Of a stretch of 64,000 nt of DNA, positions 1-8,424 are shown in pieces. The stretch covers positions 23,719-87,718 of the forward strand of contig CAYFYA010000008.1 of the NCBI GenBank assembly GCA_964347325.1, written 5' to 3'. The DNA is from an uncultured Methanomassiliicoccales archaeon. Its GTDB lineage: Archaea; Thermoplasmatota; Thermoplasmata; RBG-16-68-12; JAJISG01. Under the pieces are notes generated by a model. It was not told where the DNA came from, did not search any database, and worked only from the letters and a program-made list of their open reading frames with translations. The translations under genes were made by a program, and so were the position numbers. Each line of letters opens with the position of its first letter. Position 1 is the stretch's first letter.

Positions 1-2
1 CA

Positions 3-305
3 GTGGAGCGGTGGTTGCGCGAAGCCATGGTCCTCGCAATCTGGGAAGGCACTTCTCACCGACACATCTTGGACGGACTGGAGGCCATGGAGCGGAAGGG
101 CGCTCATAAGCTCCTCTTCCGCCATCTGTCGGGTCTGGCAAAGGAGGAGGAGTTGTCGAAGATGGCCTCCCGGGTTGAGGCACATTTGGGCCTCAGCGAG
201 GAGAAAAGGGAGGGAAGCGCCGAGCCCCTCTTCTGGGATCTCGCGAAGTTCACTGCGGATTGTCTGGCGAGAGCCCTTGGGGGCAGGCAGCCGAGTAGTC
301 GCTGA
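3..305 (+). CDS. C-terminal fragment (5' end outside the window) of a possible AidB-like acyl-CoA dehydrogenase family protein
   Basis: The ORF runs off the window start. The motif 'IWEGTSHRHILDGLE' resembles the 'WEGSGN..LDVLR' region of AidB/ACAD C-termini, but the similarity is weak. Confidence 0.3.
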   Translation: MERWLREAMVLAIWEGTSHRHILDGLEAMERKGAHKLLFRHLSGLAKEEELSKMASRVEAHLGLSEEKREGSAEPLFWDLAKFTADCLARALGGRQPSSR

Positions 306-396
306 CGCACCACTCGAGTTTCGATAGGAGCTGCCTCTCTCGGGTCAGAAGGCTAGGACGTAGGGCCTCTCCCCCCCGGTTGTGGGGACTCCGTTC

Positions 397-1422
397 CTAC
401 TTCCAGGCGACGAGGATCTTCTCCCTTCGGAAGAGCTTCAGGGCGACGTAGGCCAAGAACAAATTGACGCCGAGCAGTCCTCCAGCGAAGAGGAGGATCG
501 CGATGCCTCCTAGCTCCAAGACACCGAACAGCGGGAGCATGAAGAGGAAGAGGACGGGGAGGATTACCAGGGCGCTGAGCTGCTGTGATGCCCTCACGTC
601 GCTGACCCTGCTGGAGATCATCACGTTGGCGGTGATGCTGAGGGTGCAGACGAGGGGCGCGATGAGTGCGATGGCCACGATCCACGATAGCGTGGGCAGG
701 GGCGCGAAGCCCAGGACGGGCTCTAGGATCATGTTGGCCATCACCATGAAGATGGCGGCGGAGAGCCATGTGGCCCCCATTGTGGGGAGGAAGATGGAGA
801 GAGACTTCCCCATGAGCAGCTCCCCATCCGTCGTCGGCGTGGCCAACAGGGGCTCGAGGCTCTTGTTCAGCTTCTCGCCCACAAAGCTGTAGCTGGCTAG
901 CAGGGCGGGAATCGCCGCCGGTATGATGACGAAGAACAGCTGGAAGGAGTTCAGGATCACGAGCAAGACTGTGGTGAATTCGTCGGGGACGCCGAGGACG
1001 GGGCTGTCGATGAGGCTGACGCCCTGCATCTCCCCCGGCTCGTGGACGTTTGAGTGTCGGACCACCGAGTCCTTCAGAGTCACGCCCCGGAGGATGCTCC
1101 CCTGTACGGTAACGCCCACGAGGGTGGAGTTCGAGATGCGGGAGTCCCGGATGACCGAGTCCCGCACGGTGGAGTCCTCGATGCTGTAGTTCACGAGGAT
1201 GCGGTCGGTTACGACCTCTCCCCGTATCGTCGCGTCAACGGGAGGGTCCAGAACCAGGGGCTCTGCGGAGGGAGCCTGGGAAGCGATGGGGACGATCATA
1301 ACGAGGGGCATGATCACGGCAATGCCTAGGGGCAGCAGGAGGAGGGTGATGACGACGTACTTGTTGCTCCTGAACTCCGCCATCTCCTTTGCGGCGACGA
1401 TCCAGGCCTTCTCCAGCCTCAT
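397..1422 (-). CDS. ABC-2 type exporter permease with a pentapeptide-repeat-like segment inserted in the first extracytoplasmic loop
   Basis: Polytopic membrane protein. Its start overlaps the stop of the upstream ATPase gene in an ATGA junction at 1419-1422. Residues about 66-140 show a 5-residue periodicity: DSTVR-DSVIR-DSRIS-NSTLV-GVTVQ-GSILR-GVTLK-DSVVR-HSNVH. Confidence 0.7.
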   Translation of the reverse strand: MRLEKAWIVAAKEMAEFRSNKYVVITLLLLPLGIAVIMPLVMIVPIASQAPSAEPLVLDPPVDATIRGEVVTDRILVNYSIEDSTVRDSVIRDSRISNSTLVGVTVQGSILRGVTLKDSVVRHSNVHEPGEMQGVSLIDSPVLGVPDEFTTVLLVILNSFQLFFVIIPAAIPALLASYSFVGEKLNKSLEPLLATPTTDGELLMGKSLSIFLPTMGATWLSAAIFMVMANMILEPVLGFAPLPTLSWIVAIALIAPLVCTLSITANVMISSRVSDVRASQQLSALVILPVLFLFMLPLFGVLELGGIAILLFAGGLLGVNLFLAYVALKLFRREKILVAWK

Positions 1423-2354
1423 GATGCCTCCTGCAAGAGCCGGAGGTACACCTCCTCCAGGCCCATCTCCTTCTCGACGATGTACTCAATCTCCCCCCCG
1501 GCCTCCACGATGGTACGAGCGATGATGGGGTTGAACCTCTTGGGGTCGTCAAATGACACGTGAAGCTCCCCGTCCTCCACCTTGAGATTCTCTACGAAGT
1601 CCAGAGAGTCCACCGCATGGACCACGGCCTCAGTGGCCTCCCTGAGGCGGAAGACGGAGGTTGGTTTCATGTACCGGGCTGAGAGTTCCCTGGGGGTCCC
1701 CTGAGCCAGCAGGTGAGTGTTGACCACGCCAATCCGATCACACACCCGCTCCGCCTCGGACAGGTTGTGGGTATTCAGGAAGATGGTGCTTCCCTCTCCC
1801 CGCATCTCCAGGAGGAAGTCGCGCACCGTCTTGGCGGCCGATGGATCCAGGCCGGCCGTCGGCTCGTCGAGGAACAGGACGGAGGGTTCATGGATCATGG
1901 CCCGGACGATGGCGATCTTCTGCTTCATGCCCTTGGAGAAGGTAGCCACGGGCTGCTCCCGCCTACCCCACAGACCGATCCACCTGAGGAGCTCCTCTAT
2001 CCTCTCCTTCCGCCTCCCATCCTCGACCCCGTAGAGACGGCCGTAGAAGTCGAGGTTGCGGTGGGCGCTGAGCCTGTCGTACAGGCCTGGGGTCTCTGGT
2101 AGGAGGCCCACCATGGCCCTGATGTTCATGGAGTCGGGATCGCGGCCCACCTCGTTGTCTCCTATGAAGGCCCTGCCCTCAGTGGGGGCAATGAGGCAGC
2201 AGAGGATCCGGACAGTTGTCGTCTTTCCAGCTCCATTGGGCCCCAGGAAGCCGAAGACCTCTCCCTTCCTCACCTGAAGGTTGAGATCCTCGATGGCCGT
2301 GACGTTCTCGAACTTCCTCTTGAGGCCGATAGTCTCAATGAACTCCATCTTCAT
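1419..2354 (-). CDS. ABC transporter ATP-binding protein (ABC-2 exporter family)
   Basis: Walker A 'GPNGAGKTTT', ABC signature 'FSKGMKQKIAI', Walker B 'VLFLDEPTAGLD', and H-loop 'IFLNTH'. Confidence 0.9.
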   Translation of the reverse strand: MKMEFIETIGLKRKFENVTAIEDLNLQVRKGEVFGFLGPNGAGKTTTVRILCCLIAPTEGRAFIGDNEVGRDPDSMNIRAMVGLLPETPGLYDRLSAHRNLDFYGRLYGVEDGRRKERIEELLRWIGLWGRREQPVATFSKGMKQKIAIVRAMIHEPSVLFLDEPTAGLDPSAAKTVRDFLLEMRGEGSTIFLNTHNLSEAERVCDRIGVVNTHLLAQGTPRELSARYMKPTSVFRLREATEAVVHAVDSLDFVENLKVEDGELHVSFDDPKRFNPIIARTIVEAGGEIEYIVEKEMGLEEVYLRLLQEAS

Positions 2355-2480
2355 CCAGTCCTAAGGAGGGGACAGAGATTAGCGACGCAGGGTTGAGGTG
2401 ATAAGCCTTGTGCCATCGGGAAGGTCCCACCGCCTCGTCTGCATGCCCCGGGCATCGTTTGGGCGTGGCCTGGGAAAATC

Positions 2481-3047
2481 ATGAAGTATCCCCTGCAGTC
2501 TGGCGCTCCTCAAAAGGGGGTAACAAAGGTGAGAAAGCTTCGAGTGGTGGCGGTGTTCGGTGTCCTGGGCCTACTCATGATGCTTGCGGTGGCTAGCCCC
2601 GCCACCGCTCATCGACCAGCGACCCGGGTCTTCCTGACAACCCTTGAGGGCGACCAGGAAGTGCCGCCCGCTGAGAGCGATGGAAGGGGGATAGCCCTCT
2701 TCAAGCTGAACAGAGCCGGCACAGAACTCAGGTTCATCCTGATCGTGGTCCGCTTGGACGAGATCCTCATGGCTCACATCCACCTGGCTCCGGCCGGTGT
2801 CAACGGACCCATCGTCGTCTGGTTATATCCAGATAGCCCACCGCCGATGCTCATCCCAGGGCGCTTCAGTGGTGTCCTCGCCAGAGGCACGATTACGGAT
2901 GCCGACTTGACGGGACCACTTCAGGGCATGAGCCTTTCAGACCTGGTGGACGAGATGAGGGCCGAAAACACCTACGTGAACGTCCACACCACCGCCTTCC
3001 CCGGCGGCGAGGTCCGCGGCCAGATTACCCCCATAGCCCCTCCCTAG
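2481..3047 (+). CDS. Secreted CHRD-domain protein
   Basis: N-terminal signal peptide 'VAVFGVLGLLMMLAVASPATA'. CHRD-like motifs 'LTTLEGDQEVPP', 'AHIHLAPAGVNGPIVVWL' and 'NVHTTAFPGGEVRGQI'. Confidence 0.65.
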   Translation: MKYPLQSGAPQKGVTKVRKLRVVAVFGVLGLLMMLAVASPATAHRPATRVFLTTLEGDQEVPPAESDGRGIALFKLNRAGTELRFILIVVRLDEILMAHIHLAPAGVNGPIVVWLYPDSPPPMLIPGRFSGVLARGTITDADLTGPLQGMSLSDLVDEMRAENTYVNVHTTAFPGGEVRGQITPIAPP

Positions 3048-3145
3048 GCAGAGGACCATCGGCGCGATCGGGCGGAAGGATCGATATGATCCCGCCCTCG
3101 GAGGGCCCCCACGAGAGGCCCTCCCCTTTCTTCTCAACCAGGGGT

Positions 3146-3436
3146 CTAGCCCCAGCTGATCGCCGCAAGGATACTGAAGGCTGACACCTTTGCGACGTTG
3201 AGGTAGAGCATGGGGAGGGCGACCTCCGCGCCGATTCCTTGCGCGTCCATGGAGAAGAATGACCATATCGACATGGCGCTCTCTGCCAGGAGGAGCAGGG
3301 CGAAAAGGGTCAGCCCGAGGGCGAAGGCGGACCTCACCTCCCTCAGGTTTCTTCCATAGATGAAGAGGAGAGTCGCGAGCAAGGCCACACTCGCGCTCGA
3401 CAGTACGATGTTTATGAGCCAGACGGTCCCAACCAT
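3146..3436 (-). CDS. Small membrane protein (2-3 TM) of unknown function, last gene of the ABC-2/wHTH operon
   Basis: Hydrophobic 96-aa ORF lying directly downstream of the wHTH gene on the same strand. Confidence 0.45.
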   Translation of the reverse strand: MVGTVWLINIVLSSASVALLATLLFIYGRNLREVRSAFALGLTLFALLLLAESAMSIWSFFSMDAQGIGAEVALPMLYLNVAKVSAFSILAAISWG

Positions 3437-3482
3437 GCCTCTCAGCCCCAGGAGTTTCCTATCATCCGATACACCTACACTT

Positions 3483-3764
3483 CTACTTTTTCCCTACCTT
3501 ATCCCATATCTCCTGAAAGTCAGACCACTCATTGAGCATTCGCGGTGTCAAGAAGTAGAGGGTCCCCAGCTCTTCCCGTGAGACCATGACCATGTCGTTC
3601 TTCTCCAAGACCCTGAGATGGTGGACGACAGTCTTGTAGTCCAGACCCAGCTCCTTCGCCAGGCTGTTCCTGTTGAAGGGGCGCTCCTTGAGGCGGACCA
3701 GAATGCGCGCCCTGTTGATGCCCCCCCGGGTGCCTACCACGAGGTGCCACAGCCGCTTGTTCAA
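3483..3764 (-). CDS. Small winged-helix transcriptional regulator (ArsR/TrmB-like archaeal wHTH)
   Basis: 93-aa ORF with an HTH-like core 'RNSLAKELGLDYKTVVHHLRVLEKNDMV'. It sits between an ABC-2 permease gene and the small membrane protein gene. Confidence 0.6.
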   Translation of the reverse strand: MNKRLWHLVVGTRGGINRARILVRLKERPFNRNSLAKELGLDYKTVVHHLRVLEKNDMVMVSREELGTLYFLTPRMLNEWSDFQEIWDKVGKK

Positions 3765-3845
3765 CCGGATCGATGGAGGATATGCGGGACCTTATTTGAC
3801 CATGAGGTGCCCTTCCGGACGCGAAGAGGCCCCGAGGAACAGGAC

Positions 3846-4619
3846 CTAATCCCGGGAGGAGACCTCCCTGGTGAGCACGAGGAGGTAGGTGATGATGATG
3901 GTTACCAGGGCTATGAGGAGCGGGACGGTCACGGACCACATCAGGTCCAGGCTCGTCCGGTATTCGCCCAGCATGCCGAAACCCACTAGGTTGGCTCCGA
4001 TGGACCGGAGGTAGTGGGAGACGCTGATGAGGGGGACGTCCCCCGGCAGCTCCAGGGCGAAGGCTTCCCAGAAAAAGCCGTACAGAAGTCCCACGAAGAG
4101 GGGCCGCTTGAGAAGGAACCCCATCATGAGGAAGAGGCCTCCGTACGCGGCAGACCCCACGGCCGCCATCGACATAAGGGCCCATAGCACCGAGATGTCC
4201 TGGTCGAAGGGCACGCCTGTGCTGGACGCCAACAGGAGGTAGCTGATAGCCAAGGGCGGCAACAGTATCAGGAGGCTGGCGGCGTAGTATCCTATGAACT
4301 TGTAGGCGACGAGGCTCGCCTTCGATATCTTCCTAGTGGTGAGGTAGACCAGGGTGTTGTCGTCTGCCTCTTCCTTTAGGAGACGGGAGCCATGGATGAG
4401 GGCCGTGACGATCAGGACGATGTTGATGGTGAGAGGGACGATGATGTCCTGATAGTCGTCGATGTTCACCTGGCTGCCGTAGGCCAGGAGGCCTCCGATG
4501 ACGTAGAGGGGCAGCAGTGCCACGATCCACGTCACCGCCCCCTTCCGGGAGCTCAGTGTCGTCTTGGCGGTGAGTCCCGTCAGGGTCGTGAACCTACCCA
4601 CTTCCGCGTACATTTTCAT
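3846..4619 (-). CDS. ABC-2 type exporter permease
   Basis: Six predicted TM segments. Its start overlaps the ATPase stop at 4616-4619. Confidence 0.7.
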   Translation of the reverse strand: MKMYAEVGRFTTLTGLTAKTTLSSRKGAVTWIVALLPLYVIGGLLAYGSQVNIDDYQDIIVPLTINIVLIVTALIHGSRLLKEEADDNTLVYLTTRKISKASLVAYKFIGYYAASLLILLPPLAISYLLLASSTGVPFDQDISVLWALMSMAAVGSAAYGGLFLMMGFLLKRPLFVGLLYGFFWEAFALELPGDVPLISVSHYLRSIGANLVGFGMLGEYRTSLDLMWSVTVPLLIALVTIIITYLLVLTREVSSRD

Positions 4620-5533
4620 CCCACCAGGTACCGGAATACCGCCTCGAGGTTGTCGTCCGCGCTCTCCATGGATTGGACCGTCAGCCCCGCCTCCACCACC
4701 ATCCTGGGCAGATCTGTGTAGAACCTCTCTGGGTCCCTGGTCCTCACGACCAGGCTGCCGTCGGCGTGGAAGTTGATCTCGGCCACGTGCCCCTCCGGCG
4801 CCAGTATCTGAGCGAGCTCCCTCGGTTCCGACATCCGGATGAGGACGGTGTGGGGATGCTCGTCGATGAGCGCCCTGATCTCCTCCACCCGGCCGGAGGC
4901 GATGGCCTTTCCGTTGTTGATGAGCACCACCTGGTCCGTCAACCTCTCGATCTCGAAGAGGATGTGGCTGCTGACGACGGCGCTGATGTCGATCTCTGGC
5001 AGGCTTCGGATGACCTCTATCATCCGGACGCGACCGACGGGGTCCGTGCCGTTGAGGGGCTCGTCAAGAATCAGCAAGTCGGGTTCGTGGGCCAAAGACT
5101 GGGCCAGCTTCGCCCTCTGCCTCATCCCCTTGCTGTATCCCACCAGGGGCCTGTTCATATCCTCCTCCAGGCCGACGACCTCCATGGCGTCCCGAGCCCG
5201 CTGGTTCGCCTCCGTCCTGGAGAACCCGCTGAGACGGAGGAGCGTGACGACGAACTTGAGGCCGGTCATGTAGCCGTATACGTTGTTGTGCTCGGGGCAG
5301 TAACCGATACGGGCCATGAGCTCGCGGTTGTTCCACGGGCGCTCTCCCAGGACCTCCAGCGTGCCCTTGTCGGGGAGCAGCTGGCCCGTGACCAGCTTGA
5401 AGAAGGTGCTCTTCCCGGCCCCGTTCGGTCCCACCAAGCCCGTGATGCCCTTGTCGAAAGTGGCGTCGAAGCGGTTCAGCCCCAGCACCTCGCCGTACCA
5501 CTTCGTCAGCCCCTCCCCGTGGATGACCGTCAT
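4616..5533 (-). CDS. ABC transporter ATP-binding protein. The true start is the internal 'MTVIHGEGLTKWYG'; the 124-codon upstream extension of the listed ORF is probably spurious.
   Basis: Walker A 'GPNGAGKSTF', signature 'YSKGMRQRAKLAQ', Walker B 'LLILDEPLNGTD'. The start ATG at 5531-5533 forms an ATGA overlap with the stop of the upstream permease gene. Confidence 0.85.
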   Translation of the reverse strand: MTVIHGEGLTKWYGEVLGLNRFDATFDKGITGLVGPNGAGKSTFFKLVTGQLLPDKGTLEVLGERPWNNRELMARIGYCPEHNNVYGYMTGLKFVVTLLRLSGFSRTEANQRARDAMEVVGLEEDMNRPLVGYSKGMRQRAKLAQSLAHEPDLLILDEPLNGTDPVGRVRMIEVIRSLPEIDISAVVSSHILFEIERLTDQVVLINNGKAIASGRVEEIRALIDEHPHTVLIRMSEPRELAQILAPEGHVAEINFHADGSLVVRTRDPERFYTDLPRMVVEAGLTVQSMESADDNLEAVFRYLVG

Positions 5534-6378
5534 GAGGGGGCAACCACCTCCATGGAGCGTATCCGGAGGAAGGCGATGGCGCTGCTCACGAGGATTATGC
5601 CAACGAGAATGGCCAGGGACGTCGGCCACGCGAGGACCCCCTGTCCGACTCCGTAGAGTAGACGGCCCACTTCCAGCAGGTTCTCGTAGATCGAGAGATG
5701 GAAGATGAGGTCTGAGCCGACGACCTCCCTGAGGGGGAAGGTGATTCCCTGAAGGGCTAGGACGGACGCGAAGGCCCCTGCGGCGGCGATGCCCTTTCTG
5801 GGCGTCAGGGCGGAGAACATCAGGACCAACATCGAGAGAAGCACCGTAGCGATGGCGGCGAACGCGATTCCAGACAGGAGGGCCAGGACGGCGACGTCCC
5901 ACGTTACGTACAGCAGGATGGCCGCGACGATGGGCCCCAGGACTGTGGGGATGGCTACTGCAAGGACGACTGCGAAGGCGACTATGGAGGCCTTGGAGAG
6001 GAGGTAGTCCAAGGTCGTGATGGGACGGCTAAGGTAGAGTGTGAGGGACATGTGGCGGATGTCATCTGCGATGAGGCCAGAGCCCACGGCCGCTCCGACG
6101 ATTAGGATGAAGAACAGGATAACCGGGCTGGCGAGGGTGCCAAAGAAGAAGGAGGCATCGATGTCGGCCCCCAGGGGCGCCGCGAAGGAGGCGAGGAAGA
6201 TCGTGAAGATGGTGAAGATGATCCCGAAGGCGATGGCCAGGAAGAGGGCGATGATGTTGTACCACCTCTTCAGCTCCCTCCTGATCCCTGAGGCGAATAT
6301 GGCGAGGAATCGCCGGTAGCGACCCCGGAGGGGCTCCTCCCTCCTGACGTAGGTCGGGAGCTTTATGGTCACCACACT
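5530..6378 (-). CDS. ABC-2 type exporter permease (probably a GTG start near 6375; the listed ORF is extended to 6474)
   Basis: Polytopic hydrophobic protein downstream of the ATPase gene that ends at 6377. ATGA overlap with the next ATPase gene. Confidence 0.7.
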   Translation of the reverse strand, partial: SVVTIKLPTYVRREEPLRGRYRRFLAIFASGIRRELKRWYNIIALFLAIAFGIIFTIFTIFLASFAAPLGADIDASFFFGTLASPVILFFILIVGAAVGSGLIADDIRHMSLTLYLSRPITTLDYLLSKASIVAFAVVLAVAIPTVLGPIVAAILLYVTWDVAVLALLSGIAFAAIATVLLSMLVLMFSALTPRKGIAAAGAFASVLALQGITFPLREVVGSDLIFHLSIYENLLEVGRLLYGVGQGVLAWPTSLAILVGIILVSSAIAFLRIRSMEVVAPS

Positions 6379-7309
6379 AACCACCCCCCTCCACGATTTG
6401 CAGGAAGACCTCCTCCAGGCTTCTGGCGTGGGTTCCCAGGTAGCGGACCTGGGCCCCGGTCTCCATAGCAGCACGGAAGATCAGTTCCTCTACGCCTTCC
6501 CTCTTGTTGACCAAAACGTAGGACGGGTCCAGATTCACCCCCACACCCTTCTCCCGCAGGGAGGAGGCGAAGCTCTCGGCATCGCCGCGAACGCGTACTC
6601 GTAGGGTATTCGGATCCCCTGCCAGGAGCTGGTCCAGCTCCCCTTGGGCGACCACCCTCCCATCGTTGATGATGGCGATGTGCCTGCAGATGTCCTCCAC
6701 ATCCGGGAGAAGGTGGCTCGAGATGAGCATGCTCTTCCCCTCCATTCTGGACACGGCCTTCAAGAGGTCCAGCATCTCGGACCTGCCCTCGGGGTCCAGG
6801 CCGGCCGTGGGCTCGTCGAAGAGGAAGAGCTCGGGGTCGTGGACCAAGGCCTGGGCCAGCTTCGCCCGCTGCTTCATCCCTGTCGAGTACTCCTCGATCT
6901 TCCTGTACCGCTCCTCACCCACGCCCGCGAAGTCCAGCATGTCGTGGGCGCGGCCAAGGGCCGTGTTGGCATCCAGGCCGCTGACCCTGCCCATGTAGGC
7001 CACCAGCCCGACGCCCGTCAGCTCAGGGATCAAGCAGTCGTGCTCCGGCATGTAGCCGATCCGCTCCCGGATGTCGATGGGACGGGAGAGGGCGTCGAAT
7101 CCCAGGATGGTCGCTCGCCCCGCAGTGGGCTTCAGCAGGCCCAAGAGGACGCGGAGGAAGGTGGTCTTCCCCGCACCGTTGGGACCCAGGAGGCCGATGG
7201 GGCCCTCGGGCAGTTCCGCCGTCAGCCCGTCCAGGGCCACGACGTTCCCGAATCTCTTGGTCAGCCCCTCGGCTTGGATGATCGCCATCAGAGGGTCTAC
7301 CCGGTCCAA
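6377..7309 (-). CDS. ABC transporter ATP-binding protein (the start is probably the internal 'MAIIQAEGLTKRFG' at about 7288)
   Basis: Walker A 'GPNGAGKTTF', signature 'YSTGMKQRAKLAQ', Walker B 'LFLFDEPTAGLD'. Confidence 0.9.
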   Translation of the reverse strand: MDRVDPLMAIIQAEGLTKRFGNVVALDGLTAELPEGPIGLLGPNGAGKTTFLRVLLGLLKPTAGRATILGFDALSRPIDIRERIGYMPEHDCLIPELTGVGLVAYMGRVSGLDANTALGRAHDMLDFAGVGEERYRKIEEYSTGMKQRAKLAQALVHDPELFLFDEPTAGLDPEGRSEMLDLLKAVSRMEGKSMLISSHLLPDVEDICRHIAIINDGRVVAQGELDQLLAGDPNTLRVRVRGDAESFASSLREKGVGVNLDPSYVLVNKREGVEELIFRAAMETGAQVRYLGTHARSLEEVFLQIVEGGG

Positions 7310-7333
7310 GGGAAAAACGTTTGGGGGTGGTTA

Positions 7334-8290
7334 CTACAGCCCCTTCCTGCGCTCCCGCCAATACAGGTATATCAGGATGGCTGCGGGGACGGCCAGCAGG
7401 AGGCCAAGGAATACGGGCTGTTGCCAGAAGGGGGGTTGCGAGGAGTGCGAGAAATTCCTCAACTGGGCGTTCCCGATCTCTGTCCCGTTGGCGTGGACCT
7501 CCAAGAGGACGGGATTGCCCGTCTCCTCCGCGTAATATGCCACCTGTTCCGATCCCGGGAAGAGGAGCTGAAACGGTCCCGGGGCCAGTCCCTCGATGAG
7601 CACCGTCCGCACCGGCACGGCTTCAAATATGCCCGCCGGGACCACAACCTCCTCTGTGGGTCCGACATCGATCCTCAGCTCGGTATCAAAGTCGGCCGTG
7701 GATCGGTTGGTGATCTCCGCCCCGAGGAAGGAAACACTCAGGTTTGAGGTCACCTGGACAGGGAAGTCAACCTGAAGCTCCCCGGCCGCCAGGGGATAGG
7801 AGGGGTAGGATTCCGTCGGGGTCACGGACGCCTCCACCGCGAGGGTGGCTGCGTACTCCACCGAGATCCCGATGTTGATCGAGAGCTGGAAGGTGGTCGT
7901 GTCCCGAATTTCCAGCGGCAGGTGGTAGGGTGTCTGCAGTTCCTCCTCTCGGTTCATGACGATGGATCCCTCGAAGGGGATTCCACCGGCCTCTCCGTTC
8001 GGGAACGACAGGTTCCCGCTCGCCGTCAAGTCGGTACTCCACGTCAGGGTGGCTGCGTTTCCCGTGATGGACGAGACCCTGGCGACGGTTAGGCCTGTCG
8101 CCACGGCCTCTCCCGAGATGTTGCCGAGCGCTTCAAGGGCCAGGCGACCGTTGATGAGGTACTCCCACCGGTCTCCTGAGGAGAACGTGGGCCCCTCAAG
8201 GGCGGCCAGTTGGGCGGCCGCACTGAGTCCCGAAAGCCCGAAGAGAACGGCGATCACGGTGGCGTATAGACGCAACACACTGTCTCTCAC
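7334..8290 (-). CDS. Secreted surface protein, threonine/serine-rich, with a C-terminal TM anchor and basic tail. First gene of an ABC-2 operon.
   Basis: Signal peptide 'LYATVIAVLFGLSGLSAAAQLAA'. C-terminal 'PVFLGLLLAVPAAILIYLYWRERRKGL'. Same strand, and 25 bp upstream of the ATPase gene. Confidence 0.55.
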   Translation of the reverse strand: MRDSVLRLYATVIAVLFGLSGLSAAAQLAALEGPTFSSGDRWEYLINGRLALEALGNISGEAVATGLTVARVSSITGNAATLTWSTDLTASGNLSFPNGEAGGIPFEGSIVMNREEELQTPYHLPLEIRDTTTFQLSINIGISVEYAATLAVEASVTPTESYPSYPLAAGELQVDFPVQVTSNLSVSFLGAEITNRSTADFDTELRIDVGPTEEVVVPAGIFEAVPVRTVLIEGLAPGPFQLLFPGSEQVAYYAEETGNPVLLEVHANGTEIGNAQLRNFSHSSQPPFWQQPVFLGLLLAVPAAILIYLYWRERRKGL

Positions 8291-8375
8291 CTAGTCCGCC
8301 TATAAGGAGGTTCCCCAGGTGCCGCAACGCTCCAAGGAGGTTATTCTATTATCGAGGTTGATAACACCAGATATC

Positions 8376-8385
8376 GTTTTATACG
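8376..8385 (+). promoter_or_regulatory. Putative archaeal TATA box (TTTTATAC) for the protease gene
   Basis: AT-rich element about 45 bp upstream of the GTG at 8425, with GGAGG at 8414-8418. Confidence 0.3.
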
Positions 8386-8424
8386 CGCTTGCGATGCCCA
8401 AGACACCGTACGGGAGGAGGAATT

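Noticed and set aside
4673-5656. Long antisense ORFs (for example 4673-5656+, 6644-7747+, 10687-11559-, 17184-17993-, 38377-39381+, 46841-47911-, 55136-56254+, 59514-60335+)
   Set aside because: They lie opposite well-supported genes in a high-GC sequence and are rich in Arg/Gly/Pro with no motifs. They are typical GC-driven shadow ORFs.
4616-5902. A 428-aa reading of the ABC ATPase ORF and a 326-aa reading of 44169-45149
   Set aside because: The N-terminal extensions are Arg/Pro-rich and overlap the upstream permease genes. Conserved ATPase N-termini ('MTVIHGEGLTKWYG', 'LSIIQVVNVHKSFG') and ATGA-type junctions indicate shorter true genes.
7334-8290. PGF-CTERM/archaeosortase sorting signal on the surface protein
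   Set aside because: The C-terminus has a TM helix and basic tail, but no PGF (or PEF/PEP) tripeptide precedes it. The anchor type is therefore left unassigned.
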